Below are positions 8,697-17,555 of a DNA stretch of 64,000 nucleotides, one piece after another. The DNA lies in IMG/VR virus record IMGVR_UViG_3300045988_178965, positions 123,649-187,648 of that record; one strand, given 5' to 3'. Source of the stretch: a virus. A model generated the notes under the pieces. It was given only the letters and a program-made list of their open reading frames with translations, had not been told where the DNA came from and did not search any database. Position 1 is the first letter of the stretch. Each line of letters opens with the position of its first letter. The position numbers and the translations under genes were made by a program.

Positions 8697-10677
8697 TATC
8701 TAAACTTTCTATATATTTCAAGAAAACTGAATTTGGATCATTCCACATCGGATACATCTGATCAAGGACTTTCTCAATTTCCATTTTTATCAGAGTCGCC
8801 CCAATCACAATTAATGGATGACTATTATCACCTAGATCGATAGAATCTCCATTGTTAATTACCGAAAGTACAATATCTTTCATACGTTCTTTTAAAAGGG
8901 GCGATATAGTATATATAAAACTGCCCGGGCAAATTGATTCCGAACCAATTGTAGAGGAAAAATTGAATATAGTTTTACCTGGATTTTTACGCATTACAAA
9001 TTTAGCAGCTGCGATAGCTTTTTCTTTCTCTTCATCAGTCATAACTTTAAAAAGTTTCACATAATGTATCTCATGCGGATCTGATGAGTAGAAAGTAAAA
9101 ACATTTTTTAAATTGGAAACTTTAGCAGCAATAAAACCTTTAGGAGTTCCTCTACCAATATAGATATTTCTATCGGGAAAGATCTTTTTAAGAGCCTCCA
9201 TCTTTCTTACATAATGGACACTCTTTGTATTTGGATCCCCAACAATAAAAATATCATTCTCACCGATTTCATCCAATTCATAAACAATCTTATTGGAATT
9301 GTTTGAAGAGTAGAAAACATCTGCTGAGAATTTGATAGGATCACCCTTTTTGACAGGAATCGGTTCTCTATTCTTGCGGTTCAAATATTTTCGAATTTTA
9401 GGATCATCCGGAGTCAAGATATTACATTTCTTACCAATAGACTCCGCAAACTCCTTCAATTCTTTTTCAGGCATATCGATAAAGAATGTGACACCAGGAG
9501 GCATACAGCCTTTTGAAACTGTAATTGCACCATCATCAACCATACTTGTAGGGGCGAAATTTAAAGACTCCTCTTTAATTATCTCGATTAAATGCCCTAC
9601 CATGTATTTCTTGGTATCATTCCATACTCTACTACAATATTTACCGCCATATGTCTGATTCGAAAATGCCCACTTAACACCTTTAAGGAAACCAAAATTA
9701 AATTTATCAAATATGGTTTCAAAAATAGGTCTTGTATCTGACGTAAGCAATAATTTGTATATCCAAGGGGTAGACAAAATTTCTTCTCTAGTCATTGCTT
9801 TGACTTTTGAATCAATTTCGTTTATTTTTTCCTTAAAGATACGAGAAAGTGTTTGTCTTAAAGCATCATCATATGTAACGGTCTCTCTGGACAAGGAGAC
9901 TTTAACATCCTTAATTGGAACATCCATAATAAATATAGTATTGAACGCTATATGTAAATGAGATATTACATAATTCGGTCCACCCACTGACATTCTAAAT
10001 CTTGGAGAGCGATTAGTTTTAGATTTAATCAACCGTAAGCCGTCAACAACCTCAATAGCTTTAGCTGAAACATCTTCGCCATTTAAGTCCGTTAATTTTG
10101 GCAATGGCCAGAATCCGATTAATTCCTCATAACAAACAGGCTCTATTTTACCAACATCGTTCTGCTCAATAGGAATACGAATAGTAGTACCATTTGCGTC
10201 ATCTGTATCTACATTTTCCAGCATAACCTGATAGCTAGGAATGTCGTTATTTTTAGAGGTCATAATGACATTCTTCTTGCTATCTTTTACAGATGTAGCG
10301 ATGAAATAATCGGCATATGCTAACGGGCTTTTAGAGCCAATGCCAAAGCCGCCGATGCTATCATTACTGTCATTTTTAGTAGACTTAAAGAACGTAGTAT
10401 AGATATTTACCATATCATCATATGTCATTCCGACGCCATGATCTTTAATTTCGATATAGTATTCTACACCGTCTTTATGAATAGAAATTTCAACTGGGCC
10501 ATTGTATCCAGATTGACGATTAGCATCATGTGCATTTGCCACAATTTCACGAATCATAGATCTAAATGGATTTGCATACAAATCACCAAATAGACTTCTA
10601 AAAGTTTTTGAGGTTACTTCAATATTATATTTATTCTCAGCTGTTGTTTCAGTCTTATTTTCAGTTTCAATAATCAT
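8668..10677 (-). CDS. rIIA: rIIA-like protein (GHKL/HATPase_c N-terminal domain)
   Basis: MIIETE...LYANPFRSMIREIVANAHDA, IKDHGVGMT and SNDSIGGFGIGSKSPLAYADYF are Bergerat-fold motifs arranged as I recall for T4 rIIA. ATG 10677 is preceded by GGAG. Confidence 0.8.
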   Translation of the reverse strand: MIIETENKTETTAENKYNIEVTSKTFRSLFGDLYANPFRSMIREIVANAHDANRQSGYNGPVEISIHKDGVEYYIEIKDHGVGMTYDDMVNIYTTFFKSTKNDSNDSIGGFGIGSKSPLAYADYFIATSVKDSKKNVIMTSKNNDIPSYQVMLENVDTDDANGTTIRIPIEQNDVGKIEPVCYEELIGFWPLPKLTDLNGEDVSAKAIEVVDGLRLIKSKTNRSPRFRMSVGGPNYVISHLHIAFNTIFIMDVPIKDVKVSLSRETVTYDDALRQTLSRIFKEKINEIDSKVKAMTREEILSTPWIYKLLLTSDTRPIFETIFDKFNFGFLKGVKWAFSNQTYGGKYCSRVWNDTKKYMVGHLIEIIKEESLNFAPTSMVDDGAITVSKGCMPPGVTFFIDMPEKELKEFAESIGKKCNILTPDDPKIRKYLNRKNREPIPVKKGDPIKFSADVFYSSNNSNKIVYELDEIGENDIFIVGDPNTKSVHYVRKMEALKKIFPDRNIYIGRGTPKGFIAAKVSNLKNVFTFYSSDPHEIHYVKLFKVMTDEEKEKAIAAAKFVMRKNPGKTIFNFSSTIGSESICPGSFIYTISPLLKERMKDIVLSVINNGDSIDLGDNSHPLIVIGATLIKMEIEKVLDQMYPMWNDPNSVFLKYIESLDNELQRNSQS

Positions 10678-10710
10678 AATTTCACTCCATTAAAAAATAA
10701 ATATAGTATT

Positions 10711-10747
10711 AAAATAAGATTAAGCGGACAGGAATATATCCTGCCCG
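10711..10747 (-). terminator. intrinsic terminator after the RNAP-A gene
   Basis: gcggacagga (10724-10733) / tcctgcccgc (10738-10747). This is a 10-bp stem whose single mismatch is a G.U pair only in the minus sense. It is followed (minus sense) by TTAATCTTATTTT. Confidence 0.65.
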
Positions 10748-10761
10748 CCGATTAACGCATC

Positions 10762-13700
10762 TTACAGAAAATCGATATCAATTTCCTTAGCTTCTGTCAC
10801 ATTGTTTTCAGAGCTCGAATCAACTTCTTCGATGCTAAGTTGACCAATACATTGATTGTATACATCAAAAGCAGGCTTAATCATTTTGCCTACGAATGTT
10901 TTGTCTACAATCAAATTGAACCACTTAGACACTTCAGGGTCTTTCAAGTCAATAGGCTCGCCATTGTTATCAACGGTTTGACCCTTATTATGCATACGCA
11001 GGAAATCACCAGTAAGCTTAATAAGGTTATGCTGATCGGCCCAAATAGCAATATTAATAATGGTCATAGCTGTTTCACGACTATATCCCATTTCATTCAC
11101 AATTGCCTCTACTACTTCTTTATGAACCGTTTGGTCAGAGCCTAATGTGCCCAACATGAATTTCTGATGTTGAGTTGCACCACCTTTAATATGCTTAATT
11201 GCATTGATAACGTAACGCTCATTGGTTTCAGTGTAGACATGGTCACACTCTTGAGCAAGTTTATCATTAAGTGGGATTTTTACAAACTCTTTGCCAGTTT
11301 TGCCGGAAATGGCACGATAAGCCAAATCGGAATCTTCATTCAGCAATGCCAAATAAAGCTCAATAAGCATACCGAACTGCCAAGAGTTATTAGTGCCGGG
11401 ACCCACAGCTTTCTTCGCATTGGCAGAGTTTGTAATTAAATCAATATAGCTTTCATCACCAGGACGTTTACAATAGGTCGGAGTATAATGCAACTTATAC
11501 TTTTTGGTCCAATCCAATTTCTTAATGCTGTCATATTCTGATTGCAAGAAATCTTCGTCCCATTGATACATCTTATCGGTAATGTTGCTAAGAGTGAACT
11601 CTTTCATCATTTGCTGAGCTTCTTCTGGCAATACAGTAATCTGTAGTAAGTCACCGTCAATATCAGAGTGGCTACCTTTGATTACATCTTTGCCAATCAA
11701 TGCACAATGCAAATTGGATTTGACATCCAGATAATCTTCTAATGCAAAGCCATATTCCTGTTTGAGATAAGTGTCAAACTTGTTTACGTCCCACAATTCT
11801 TTAATCAGCAACTGTGTTTTCCACAAAAACGGTGAACGCAATGTGAAAGCATAGAGCTTCTTAAAGGCCTGAACAATGCCTTGTTCAACCGGCAAATTCT
11901 TGGTTGGATAGACATATTCATGCAAATCGGTATAAATACGATTATTCAATACAACGACAACGCCATCAGGGACGTATACATCGTGCATCTGTTTCATATT
12001 TACGCCGCGCAATCGTGGTGTAATCATGGTTTGAATTAATGTCTGTCCTGAAATCTCTGAAGAATACAGCATAGACTTCAAAGATGCCATGTAATTGCCA
12101 TAAGCGCTTACACGATTTTGGTTGCTCTCATTACGACTCGGAATAATCCGGTAGTAATAAGGTTTACCAAGCAAAGCATTCTGAATAATCTTACAAACTT
12201 CAATCAGAATACCAGGATAAACATACTCGCCATTCGTTTGCTTACTACAGAACATACCCAAAGTTTTAGCATCTGGAATACGGACTAACGTATTTTGACG
12301 CTGTTCGCTTAAATTAATATAGAAGCCTTTATTAAAGTCTTCATCAAGAAGCTTAGAATACAATGGGAAGATAGAGCTATGTTCCAGAATCAAATCTTTT
12401 TCAGAGAAATGATTCTTTAAACTGCTTAATGTATAAACAGGTTTATGCTCAGCAGACACAAAACGGCGCGTCTTATCATTCAAACATTTCATCAACTCAA
12501 TTACAGCTGACTTTTCATCCGGATCAATACAATTGTCCAGAATATATTGTGCCAAACCGGAATCTTTTGTTTGAGAAATATAACGTAAAGCATTAAAGCT
12601 CATCTTTTGGTTTCGAACAACCGTAAAATGGCTACCAATTTCAGTATAGTTAATCTGAATCACACCATACAGACGAGTCTTAAACTCAACTTCCTTACCT
12701 TCACGAATCATCTTAAAGGTTACTTCCGGAATGGATTTAGCAGCAGCGTTAATTTCTTCCTCATCCATAGATGATAAAAGCTTATCGCCAGAGGCTGGAG
12801 TATAATAGCCATATTTCAATGCAAAAGCTGCTTGCATTAAACGTACAGTATTCTCTTTAGCCTTGATACTATTGACACCTGTAAAGATGTCAACTTCCAT
12901 TTCGAAATCATCGGAATAGATATGACCACAAGTCATCATGGTTTTGGTTACACCTTTCAGACCTGTATGAGAAGTGATTCGAGAATTGCCTACTTTGTAA
13001 TAGGCTACGAAATCAATTCGAGCAGAGTTGTTGTAACCATTCTGAGAAACTTTAGTTACCTCAATTTTGACAACATTATCTACTGCAATCGGACGACGAT
13101 CAAATACGCCCAATGTTACAGAGCCATTTCGCGCTGTATATGTTTCGCCTTCTTTAACGAGAATTTCATCGAATTCCGTTTCTTTATGGCGATTCATAAA
13201 TACAATTTGGTTACCAATACGGCGATTGACCTCTAAGTCACCGCCAACTTGATGGTAACTCTCAAAGTCAATATCCTGATAGACAACGATTGCATCTAAG
13301 CCACCATTATCCAAAGGAATATGATCACCGTTTTCGTCGAAAGCAAATGAACCATCAGGGTTAATGGCTGCGTCCTCAATAAACAAAGGTTTATCGGGTT
13401 GCAACACACCAAAATGGTTGCCATTTACGTGAGTTTTCAAACGAGCAGGCAACGCTGAGGCTCTAGGAAAGATAGACGAGAATCCAACAATACGATCTTC
13501 ATTATCATATTCAAAGCCAAATCCAGCGCAAGAAATTTCTGCTTCACCATTAGAGACAACAATTTTGTTGCTTTCAGAAAGCATAGTTTCTGAACCTGGC
13601 ATCAGGTTAAAGCAGTTAGCCATAGCTGTAATGGCTTCCTTGTCGGGGCTTGTAATTACACGTTGATGAACCAAATCACCAATAGGCAAATCACGATTCT

Positions 13701-14202
13701 TATAAACCAAAGATGTTCCAGTATTAGTGCTGTAAGGCGCCCACAAAACAAGAAGATTTGATGATTTCAGATTCGCATTGAAAGCATTCGGGCTTACATA
13801 TTCAACGAAGTTCGTAATCAGCTTAATGTCACGACGAATATAAGTCGTAAAGATTTCGTTGTTCTTCAGAGCATCTTCAAATCGTTCAGCCAGGAAGAAG
13901 TACAACATTTCAAAGTGATTGATCACTTCAATTGGTGCCCGTTTATTAATATGGCGCGAGCAAAATGCAAAATGAGGCCAATGATTCTTTGGATTGAAGA
14001 ATGATTCAGGAATAACAAATTCTGTTTCAACCGTTTTATCATTAATCACATTGATGACTTTAAAGCCGAATGTATCAGACTTAAGTTCAAACTCAATTCG
14101 ACCCTCAGCAGTCAAATGTTCACGGAAAATCGAAAACACTTCTGCTGGTGTAGAGTTTTTGTTGATTACAGGAATTTGTCCATTTGAAATTCTTAAATGC
14201 AT
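10762..14202 (-). CDS. single-chain two-barrel RNA polymerase candidate (fused beta-like + beta'-like DPBB; YonO/crAss gp66-type), copy A
   Basis: Beta-type motif SRITSHTGLKGVTK...TGVNSIKAKENTVRLMQAAF (12943-12984 onward). Beta'-type motifs TLRSPFLWKTQ and GSHSDIDGDLLQI, with DIDGD encoded at 11650-11664. ATG at 14202. Confidence 0.65.
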   Translation of the reverse strand: MHLRISNGQIPVINKNSTPAEVFSIFREHLTAEGRIEFELKSDTFGFKVINVINDKTVETEFVIPESFFNPKNHWPHFAFCSRHINKRAPIEVINHFEMLYFFLAERFEDALKNNEIFTTYIRRDIKLITNFVEYVSPNAFNANLKSSNLLVLWAPYSTNTGTSLVYKNRDLPIGDLVHQRVITSPDKEAITAMANCFNLMPGSETMLSESNKIVVSNGEAEISCAGFGFEYDNEDRIVGFSSIFPRASALPARLKTHVNGNHFGVLQPDKPLFIEDAAINPDGSFAFDENGDHIPLDNGGLDAIVVYQDIDFESYHQVGGDLEVNRRIGNQIVFMNRHKETEFDEILVKEGETYTARNGSVTLGVFDRRPIAVDNVVKIEVTKVSQNGYNNSARIDFVAYYKVGNSRITSHTGLKGVTKTMMTCGHIYSDDFEMEVDIFTGVNSIKAKENTVRLMQAAFALKYGYYTPASGDKLLSSMDEEEINAAAKSIPEVTFKMIREGKEVEFKTRLYGVIQINYTEIGSHFTVVRNQKMSFNALRYISQTKDSGLAQYILDNCIDPDEKSAVIELMKCLNDKTRRFVSAEHKPVYTLSSLKNHFSEKDLILEHSSIFPLYSKLLDEDFNKGFYINLSEQRQNTLVRIPDAKTLGMFCSKQTNGEYVYPGILIEVCKIIQNALLGKPYYYRIIPSRNESNQNRVSAYGNYMASLKSMLYSSEISGQTLIQTMITPRLRGVNMKQMHDVYVPDGVVVVLNNRIYTDLHEYVYPTKNLPVEQGIVQAFKKLYAFTLRSPFLWKTQLLIKELWDVNKFDTYLKQEYGFALEDYLDVKSNLHCALIGKDVIKGSHSDIDGDLLQITVLPEEAQQMMKEFTLSNITDKMYQWDEDFLQSEYDSIKKLDWTKKYKLHYTPTYCKRPGDESYIDLITNSANAKKAVGPGTNNSWQFGMLIELYLALLNEDSDLAYRAISGKTGKEFVKIPLNDKLAQECDHVYTETNERYVINAIKHIKGGATQHQKFMLGTLGSDQTVHKEVVEAIVNEMGYSRETAMTIINIAIWADQHNLIKLTGDFLRMHNKGQTVDNNGEPIDLKDPEVSKWFNLIVDKTFVGKMIKPAFDVYNQCIGQLSIEEVDSSSENNVTEAKEIDIDFL

Positions 14203-14239
14203 CTTTATACCTTTCTAGGGTTAATTACTTACATCCATG

Positions 14240-14269
14240 AAAAGACCGACACTCAATCGAGTGCCGGTC
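14240..14269 (-). terminator. GTGTCGGT/U-tract hairpin element, copy 1
   Basis: Plus strand AAAAGACCGACACTC-aatc-GAGTGCCGGTC. 11-bp stem with one A.C (plus sense) that is G.U in the minus sense. It sits between the stop at 14273 and the RNAP-A start at 14202. Confidence 0.6.
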
Positions 14270-14272
14270 AGC

Positions 14273-14392
14273 TTATTTTTCCTTCATTTTATCGATCCGA
14301 TTTTGAATGGATTTCATTACCCATTTCAAACGGCCCGTAAGAAACTTTATCTTTGCGTAGCTATAGCTTCTTCTTCCTCTATTTGAACGCAT
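14273..14392 (-). CDS. possible small basic protein (39 aa)
   Basis: Not in the track (<60 aa). ATG 14392 lies 1 nt after the Bfd-like stop (TAAAATG). Translation MRSNRGRRSYSYAKIKFLTGRLKWVMKSIQNRIDKMKEK. The stop is followed directly by hairpin copy 1. Confidence 0.3.
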   Translation of the reverse strand: MRSNRGRRSYSYAKIKFLTGRLKWVMKSIQNRIDKMKEK

Positions 14393-14393
14393 T

Positions 14394-14573
14394 TTATTTC
14401 CCTTCCTTTGCTGCTTCTTTGTGCTTTGAAATCAATGAGCAAACCATTTCGTGACAACAGCCACAACAAGTAGTCGCGCCGGTCTCTTTTTGTATTGTTT
14501 CAAGTTCTGCACCATTAACAGCCATAGCGGTAATAGTTTTATCATTAATATTATTGCAAATACAAATAACCAT
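14394..14573 (-). CDS. Bfd-like [2Fe-2S] mini-ferredoxin (59 aa)
   Basis: Not in the track (59 aa). Translation MVICICNNINDKTITAMAVNGAELETIQKETGATTCCGCCHEMVCSLISKHKEAAKEGK. CxCNxIxDKxI ... GxxxCGxC matches E. coli Bfd (MYVCLCNGISDKKI...GNQCGKC). RBS AAGGAAAGG. Confidence 0.75.
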   Translation of the reverse strand: MVICICNNINDKTITAMAVNGAELETIQKETGATTCCGCCHEMVCSLISKHKEAAKEGK

Positions 14574-14601
14574 AAATAACCTTTCCTTAATTAATTATTA
14601 A

Positions 14602-14638
14602 CAAAAGAATTGGCCCCGACACCTTTCGATGCGGGGCC
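14602..14638 (-). terminator. GTGTCGG hairpin element, copy 2
   Basis: ggccccg(acac) (14612-) / cggggcc (-14638). A-tract CAAAAGAA at 14602-14609. Lies upstream of the Bfd-like start. A T-tract on both sides makes it potentially bidirectional. Confidence 0.5.
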
Positions 14639-14728
14639 TTTTCTATCACTAATAAAGGAGTATTAGGGTGCCGTCTTTCCGTCGTCCCTGCGATTGCAAA
14701 CCGTCGCCTACAAGCTGTCAAGAAAGGT

Positions 14729-14737
14729 ATTATAGCA
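14729..14737 (-). promoter_or_regulatory. possible extended -10 promoter element (TGCTATAAT, minus sense)
   Basis: Plus-strand attatagca is minus-sense TGnTATAAT. No good -35. It lies inside the ORF-free GC-rich island. Confidence 0.25.
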
Positions 14738-15070
14738 GGATTTTTCGGAGTCATGGATGATCCTGAACCATGTGCATAAAACTTTATACACTTAATAATG
14801 GGGGGCCCCGATCCAAATACCTTATTGCCGAAAGGAGGTCAATAAGAAATATGGTATTCGGTCTGCGGGGCGGGGAAAGGCTACAGGCGATACTGATATA
14901 TCCGACAGTATATAAAAATAGTCTGATTTATCGCCTGCCACTTTGGGCATATCGAGTAGTCAACACGAACAGAGCCACTGTTATTTAACGACTTACGATT
15001 AATGCGCCAAGTATTGTTCCTCCGGTCACTCCGACCAGAACACACTTGCCACACAAACTTGTTTTATTAA

Positions 15071-15454
15071 TCAGAAGGCATTTTCGCCATTCAAGAATAC
15101 GCCGGTAATTTTAAATTCGCGTTTGCCAAATTCTTCGTCTTCGATTTCGATTGTGCCAACATCATAAATTGTATCAGATTCAGCAAGGCGGCGAATATGC
15201 GAAGGAAGTTCAGCAATACGTTTACCTTCTTTTGTCAGAAGAATATTACAACCCAAATCTTTCAAGTCTTCGTCATCCATATTGGCAATAGACTTGATAT
15301 CTTCGGAGGTTAAGACCATGCGGTCAACTTGGGCACATTCCAATTCTGCAAATTCACGGAATTCTTTATCAGTTGGGGCTGAAAATGTCAGTTCCTGTGC
15401 AATGGCCAAACCAAGTTTAGCATATGCTTTATACAATACATTAGGTGATTTCAT
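15071..15454 (-). CDS. hypothetical acidic protein
   Basis: ATG 15454 preceded by AAAGG. 127 aa, no motif recognised. Confidence 0.65.
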   Translation of the reverse strand: MKSPNVLYKAYAKLGLAIAQELTFSAPTDKEFREFAELECAQVDRMVLTSEDIKSIANMDDEDLKDLGCNILLTKEGKRIAELPSHIRRLAESDTIYDVGTIEIEDEEFGKREFKITGVFLNGENAF

Positions 15455-15471
15455 TGTTTAACCTTTAAAAT

Positions 15472-15936
15472 TTATTTTGATTTAGATTTCAGTTTATAAA
15501 ACACATGCTTACCAATACGGTGCGGTTTAACAGCTCGTGGCGCTGGTCGTTTTCCATTAGAGGAAAAGAAAATAGCTCCCCGGGTATTGTCAGCATGATG
15601 TTTCGCCTTATGAGCTAAATAAACTTCTTGTGCAATTTTTTCAGTCTCTTTATCGTAGCCGGTTTTGGAACGTAGCTTTTTATTACGATACCATTGAAAC
15701 TGTCCACGTTGGGCAATAACACCATTTACCGTATTCGGAAATTCTTTGTGTTTTACACGATTCATGATTACGTGAGCAACTGCTTTCTTTCCTGCTATGG
15801 ATTCGCCGCGAGCTTCGTTATGAATAGCAGTCGCTAAAGCTTTTACTTCGGAAGAAGCTGACTTCTGTTTATTCTCGGCTTTTACATTAAAACTTGCAGC
15901 CAGTAAAATAGCTACAATAAGAAATCGTTTATTCAT
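15472..15936 (-). CDS. secreted SleB-type cell-wall hydrolase (Hydrolase_2 family)
   Basis: AIHNEARGESIAGKKAVAHVIMNRVKHKEFPNTVNGVIAQRGQFQW is the SleB/CwlJ-family signature. The start is reassigned to ATG 15936 (GGAGAG RBS), giving signal peptide MNKRFLIVAILLAASFNVKA. Confidence 0.75.
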   Translation of the reverse strand: MNKRFLIVAILLAASFNVKAENKQKSASSEVKALATAIHNEARGESIAGKKAVAHVIMNRVKHKEFPNTVNGVIAQRGQFQWYRNKKLRSKTGYDKETEKIAQEVYLAHKAKHHADNTRGAIFFSSNGKRPAPRAVKPHRIGKHVFYKLKSKSK

Positions 15937-16117
15937 CTTTGGGCTCTCCATATACAACAATATAGCTCCCACCTGAATGCTGCTCAAGAGCTACAGTCAC
16001 ATTGTTAAACTCATTCTTGATGTTATTTATAACAGTGATAAGTTCATCTGCACTGTAATAAACATCTTCGGAAAGAAACTGTTCAAGGAGACCAATTTCT
16101 TTTGATTTATTAGGCAT
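15929..16117 (-). CDS. hypothetical protein
   Basis: ATG 16117 preceded by GAGG. An 8-nt overlap with the next gene suggests translational coupling. Confidence 0.55.
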   Translation of the reverse strand: MPNKSKEIGLLEQFLSEDVYYSADELITVINNIKNEFNNVTVALEQHSGGSYIVVYGEPKDE

Positions 16118-16258
16118 AATAAGCCGCCTCTTATTGTTTGTAGATTTAAATCCCTACAAGATTATTTTAATTTTCTATTTAACGGAAGGCAAAAAGTGCT
16201 AATAATTTCCGTACTGATAATACAATTAAAAATAGCATAATTGCCTCCGTTATATTAG

Positions 16259-16657
16259 TTACGAACCTTCTGCAATATCAATAATTGCAGATATTTCTTT
16301 CATGATGCGGACATAATACTTAAGCCGTCCAAGAAAGCGTTTTGTAGCTTCACAATCAGGATAGATATTAGTAATAATATCGCTAACACTGTACAAACGA
16401 ATATGATGTTCATATGCTTGATAATAATAATCAAGCAAAATCTTTTCATTGATTCTCGTGTTTTCTTCAATATCACCTTTATGGCCGCAGATAATGCTAG
16501 GACGAATCAAGTCTTTAACCTTGATATCTTCCTTAATGCCAACTGCGCGTCTATTTAACATTCTGATTTTATTGAATTTCATATCTCTGAGAAGCTCTTC
16601 AAATGAATGAATATGCTTAAAGAACTTCTCATTGAATGCACGATTTACAGACTTCAT
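16259..16657 (-). CDS. hypothetical protein
   Basis: The ATG at 16657 overlaps the upstream stop (TAATG). Confidence 0.6.
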   Translation of the reverse strand: MKSVNRAFNEKFFKHIHSFEELLRDMKFNKIRMLNRRAVGIKEDIKVKDLIRPSIICGHKGDIEENTRINEKILLDYYYQAYEHHIRLYSVSDIITNIYPDCEATKRFLGRLKYYVRIMKEISAIIDIAEGS

Positions 16658-17004
16658 TACTCTGATGCCTTTAAATCAGGCAATTGTTCCAAAGCTGTAA
16701 CCGCTTTTACAGCTTTCGCTTCTTTTGGTTTGGAAGCTTCAATTGCCTTATTCATGTGCTGAAACTGCATATCTTCATAGGCAGATTTTGTAATTGCACG
16801 GCACAAAACCTTTGGCTCTTTGCCAGGAACGAGGTCGTTTACACATTCTTCATAAACGGCGCCACCTTTAGAATAGCTGAGCTGAATCCAATGGTCCGTA
16901 TTCAAATAGATGCGTGATGGATCATCGATTTTGTTGCAGGCCGAGAGGCTAGAAATAGCAATAGCGGCTGCCAATACAGCGGATACTTTTTTATTTACTT
17001 GCAT
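16657..17004 (-). CDS. lipoprotein
   Basis: Signal peptide plus lipobox: AAIAISSLSAC. ATG 17004 preceded by GGAG. Confidence 0.7.
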   Translation of the reverse strand: MQVNKKVSAVLAAAIAISSLSACNKIDDPSRIYLNTDHWIQLSYSKGGAVYEECVNDLVPGKEPKVLCRAITKSAYEDMQFQHMNKAIEASKPKEAKAVKAVTALEQLPDLKASE

Positions 17005-17016
17005 AATTTACTCCAT

Positions 17017-17520
17017 TTAAAGTTGATTACGGTAATATTCTCTGACTTCCATCAGAGCCTTACCAAGAAGATTGCGGCCACGCCAATTTCGACGGTCAAG
17101 GATTTCATTACTCATCCAATCCAATTTGACGCCCCAAATTGCATCATACGGCGAACCTTCAACCAATTCGAGGTTATTGGTCCGTAAAAGGATTTCTTTC
17201 AGTGTAGGATTTTGGAATTTGATTTTCAGAATATCAACCATAACTCCATAACGCTTTTCGTCCCATACCTTAGGATCGAAATTTTGTACCGCCCGGCCTA
17301 CCCTTTTGACTTCTGACGCTGATCTAGCCTGAACAATGAGTCTAATTTTGCTCTCATCGCCAAATGTAATAGCTTTCTCAATCATAAACGCCTGCTCAGC
17401 AGTCTTTACATTGTAGCCTTTATACACAAGTGGGCTAAAGTAAAAATTACTAAACGGTGCACCGCCGGTAAAGAACGTTACCATTTTATCAGTATAACGC
17501 ATATTGTTTTTAAGTTGCAC
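17017..17520 (-). CDS. NADAR (YbiA/DUF1768) family protein
   Basis: FFTGGAPFSNFYFSP, TAEQAFMIEKA and SPYDAIWGV match NADAR landmarks. The start is ambiguous: TTG 17532, GTG 17520 after GGAG, or ATG 17499. Confidence 0.75.
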   Translation of the reverse strand: MQLKNNMRYTDKMVTFFTGGAPFSNFYFSPLVYKGYNVKTAEQAFMIEKAITFGDESKIRLIVQARSASEVKRVGRAVQNFDPKVWDEKRYGVMVDILKIKFQNPTLKEILLRTNNLELVEGSPYDAIWGVKLDWMSNEILDRRNWRGRNLLGKALMEVREYYRNQL

Positions 17521-17555
17521 AATTTGCTCCAATGTTTATTAATGAACGGCAAAGA

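Noticed and set aside
14770-14988. 72-aa plus-strand ORF in the GC-rich island
   Set aside because: It is on the wrong strand for the block, has no RBS and gives an implausible Arg/Leu-rich product. The region is treated as non-coding.
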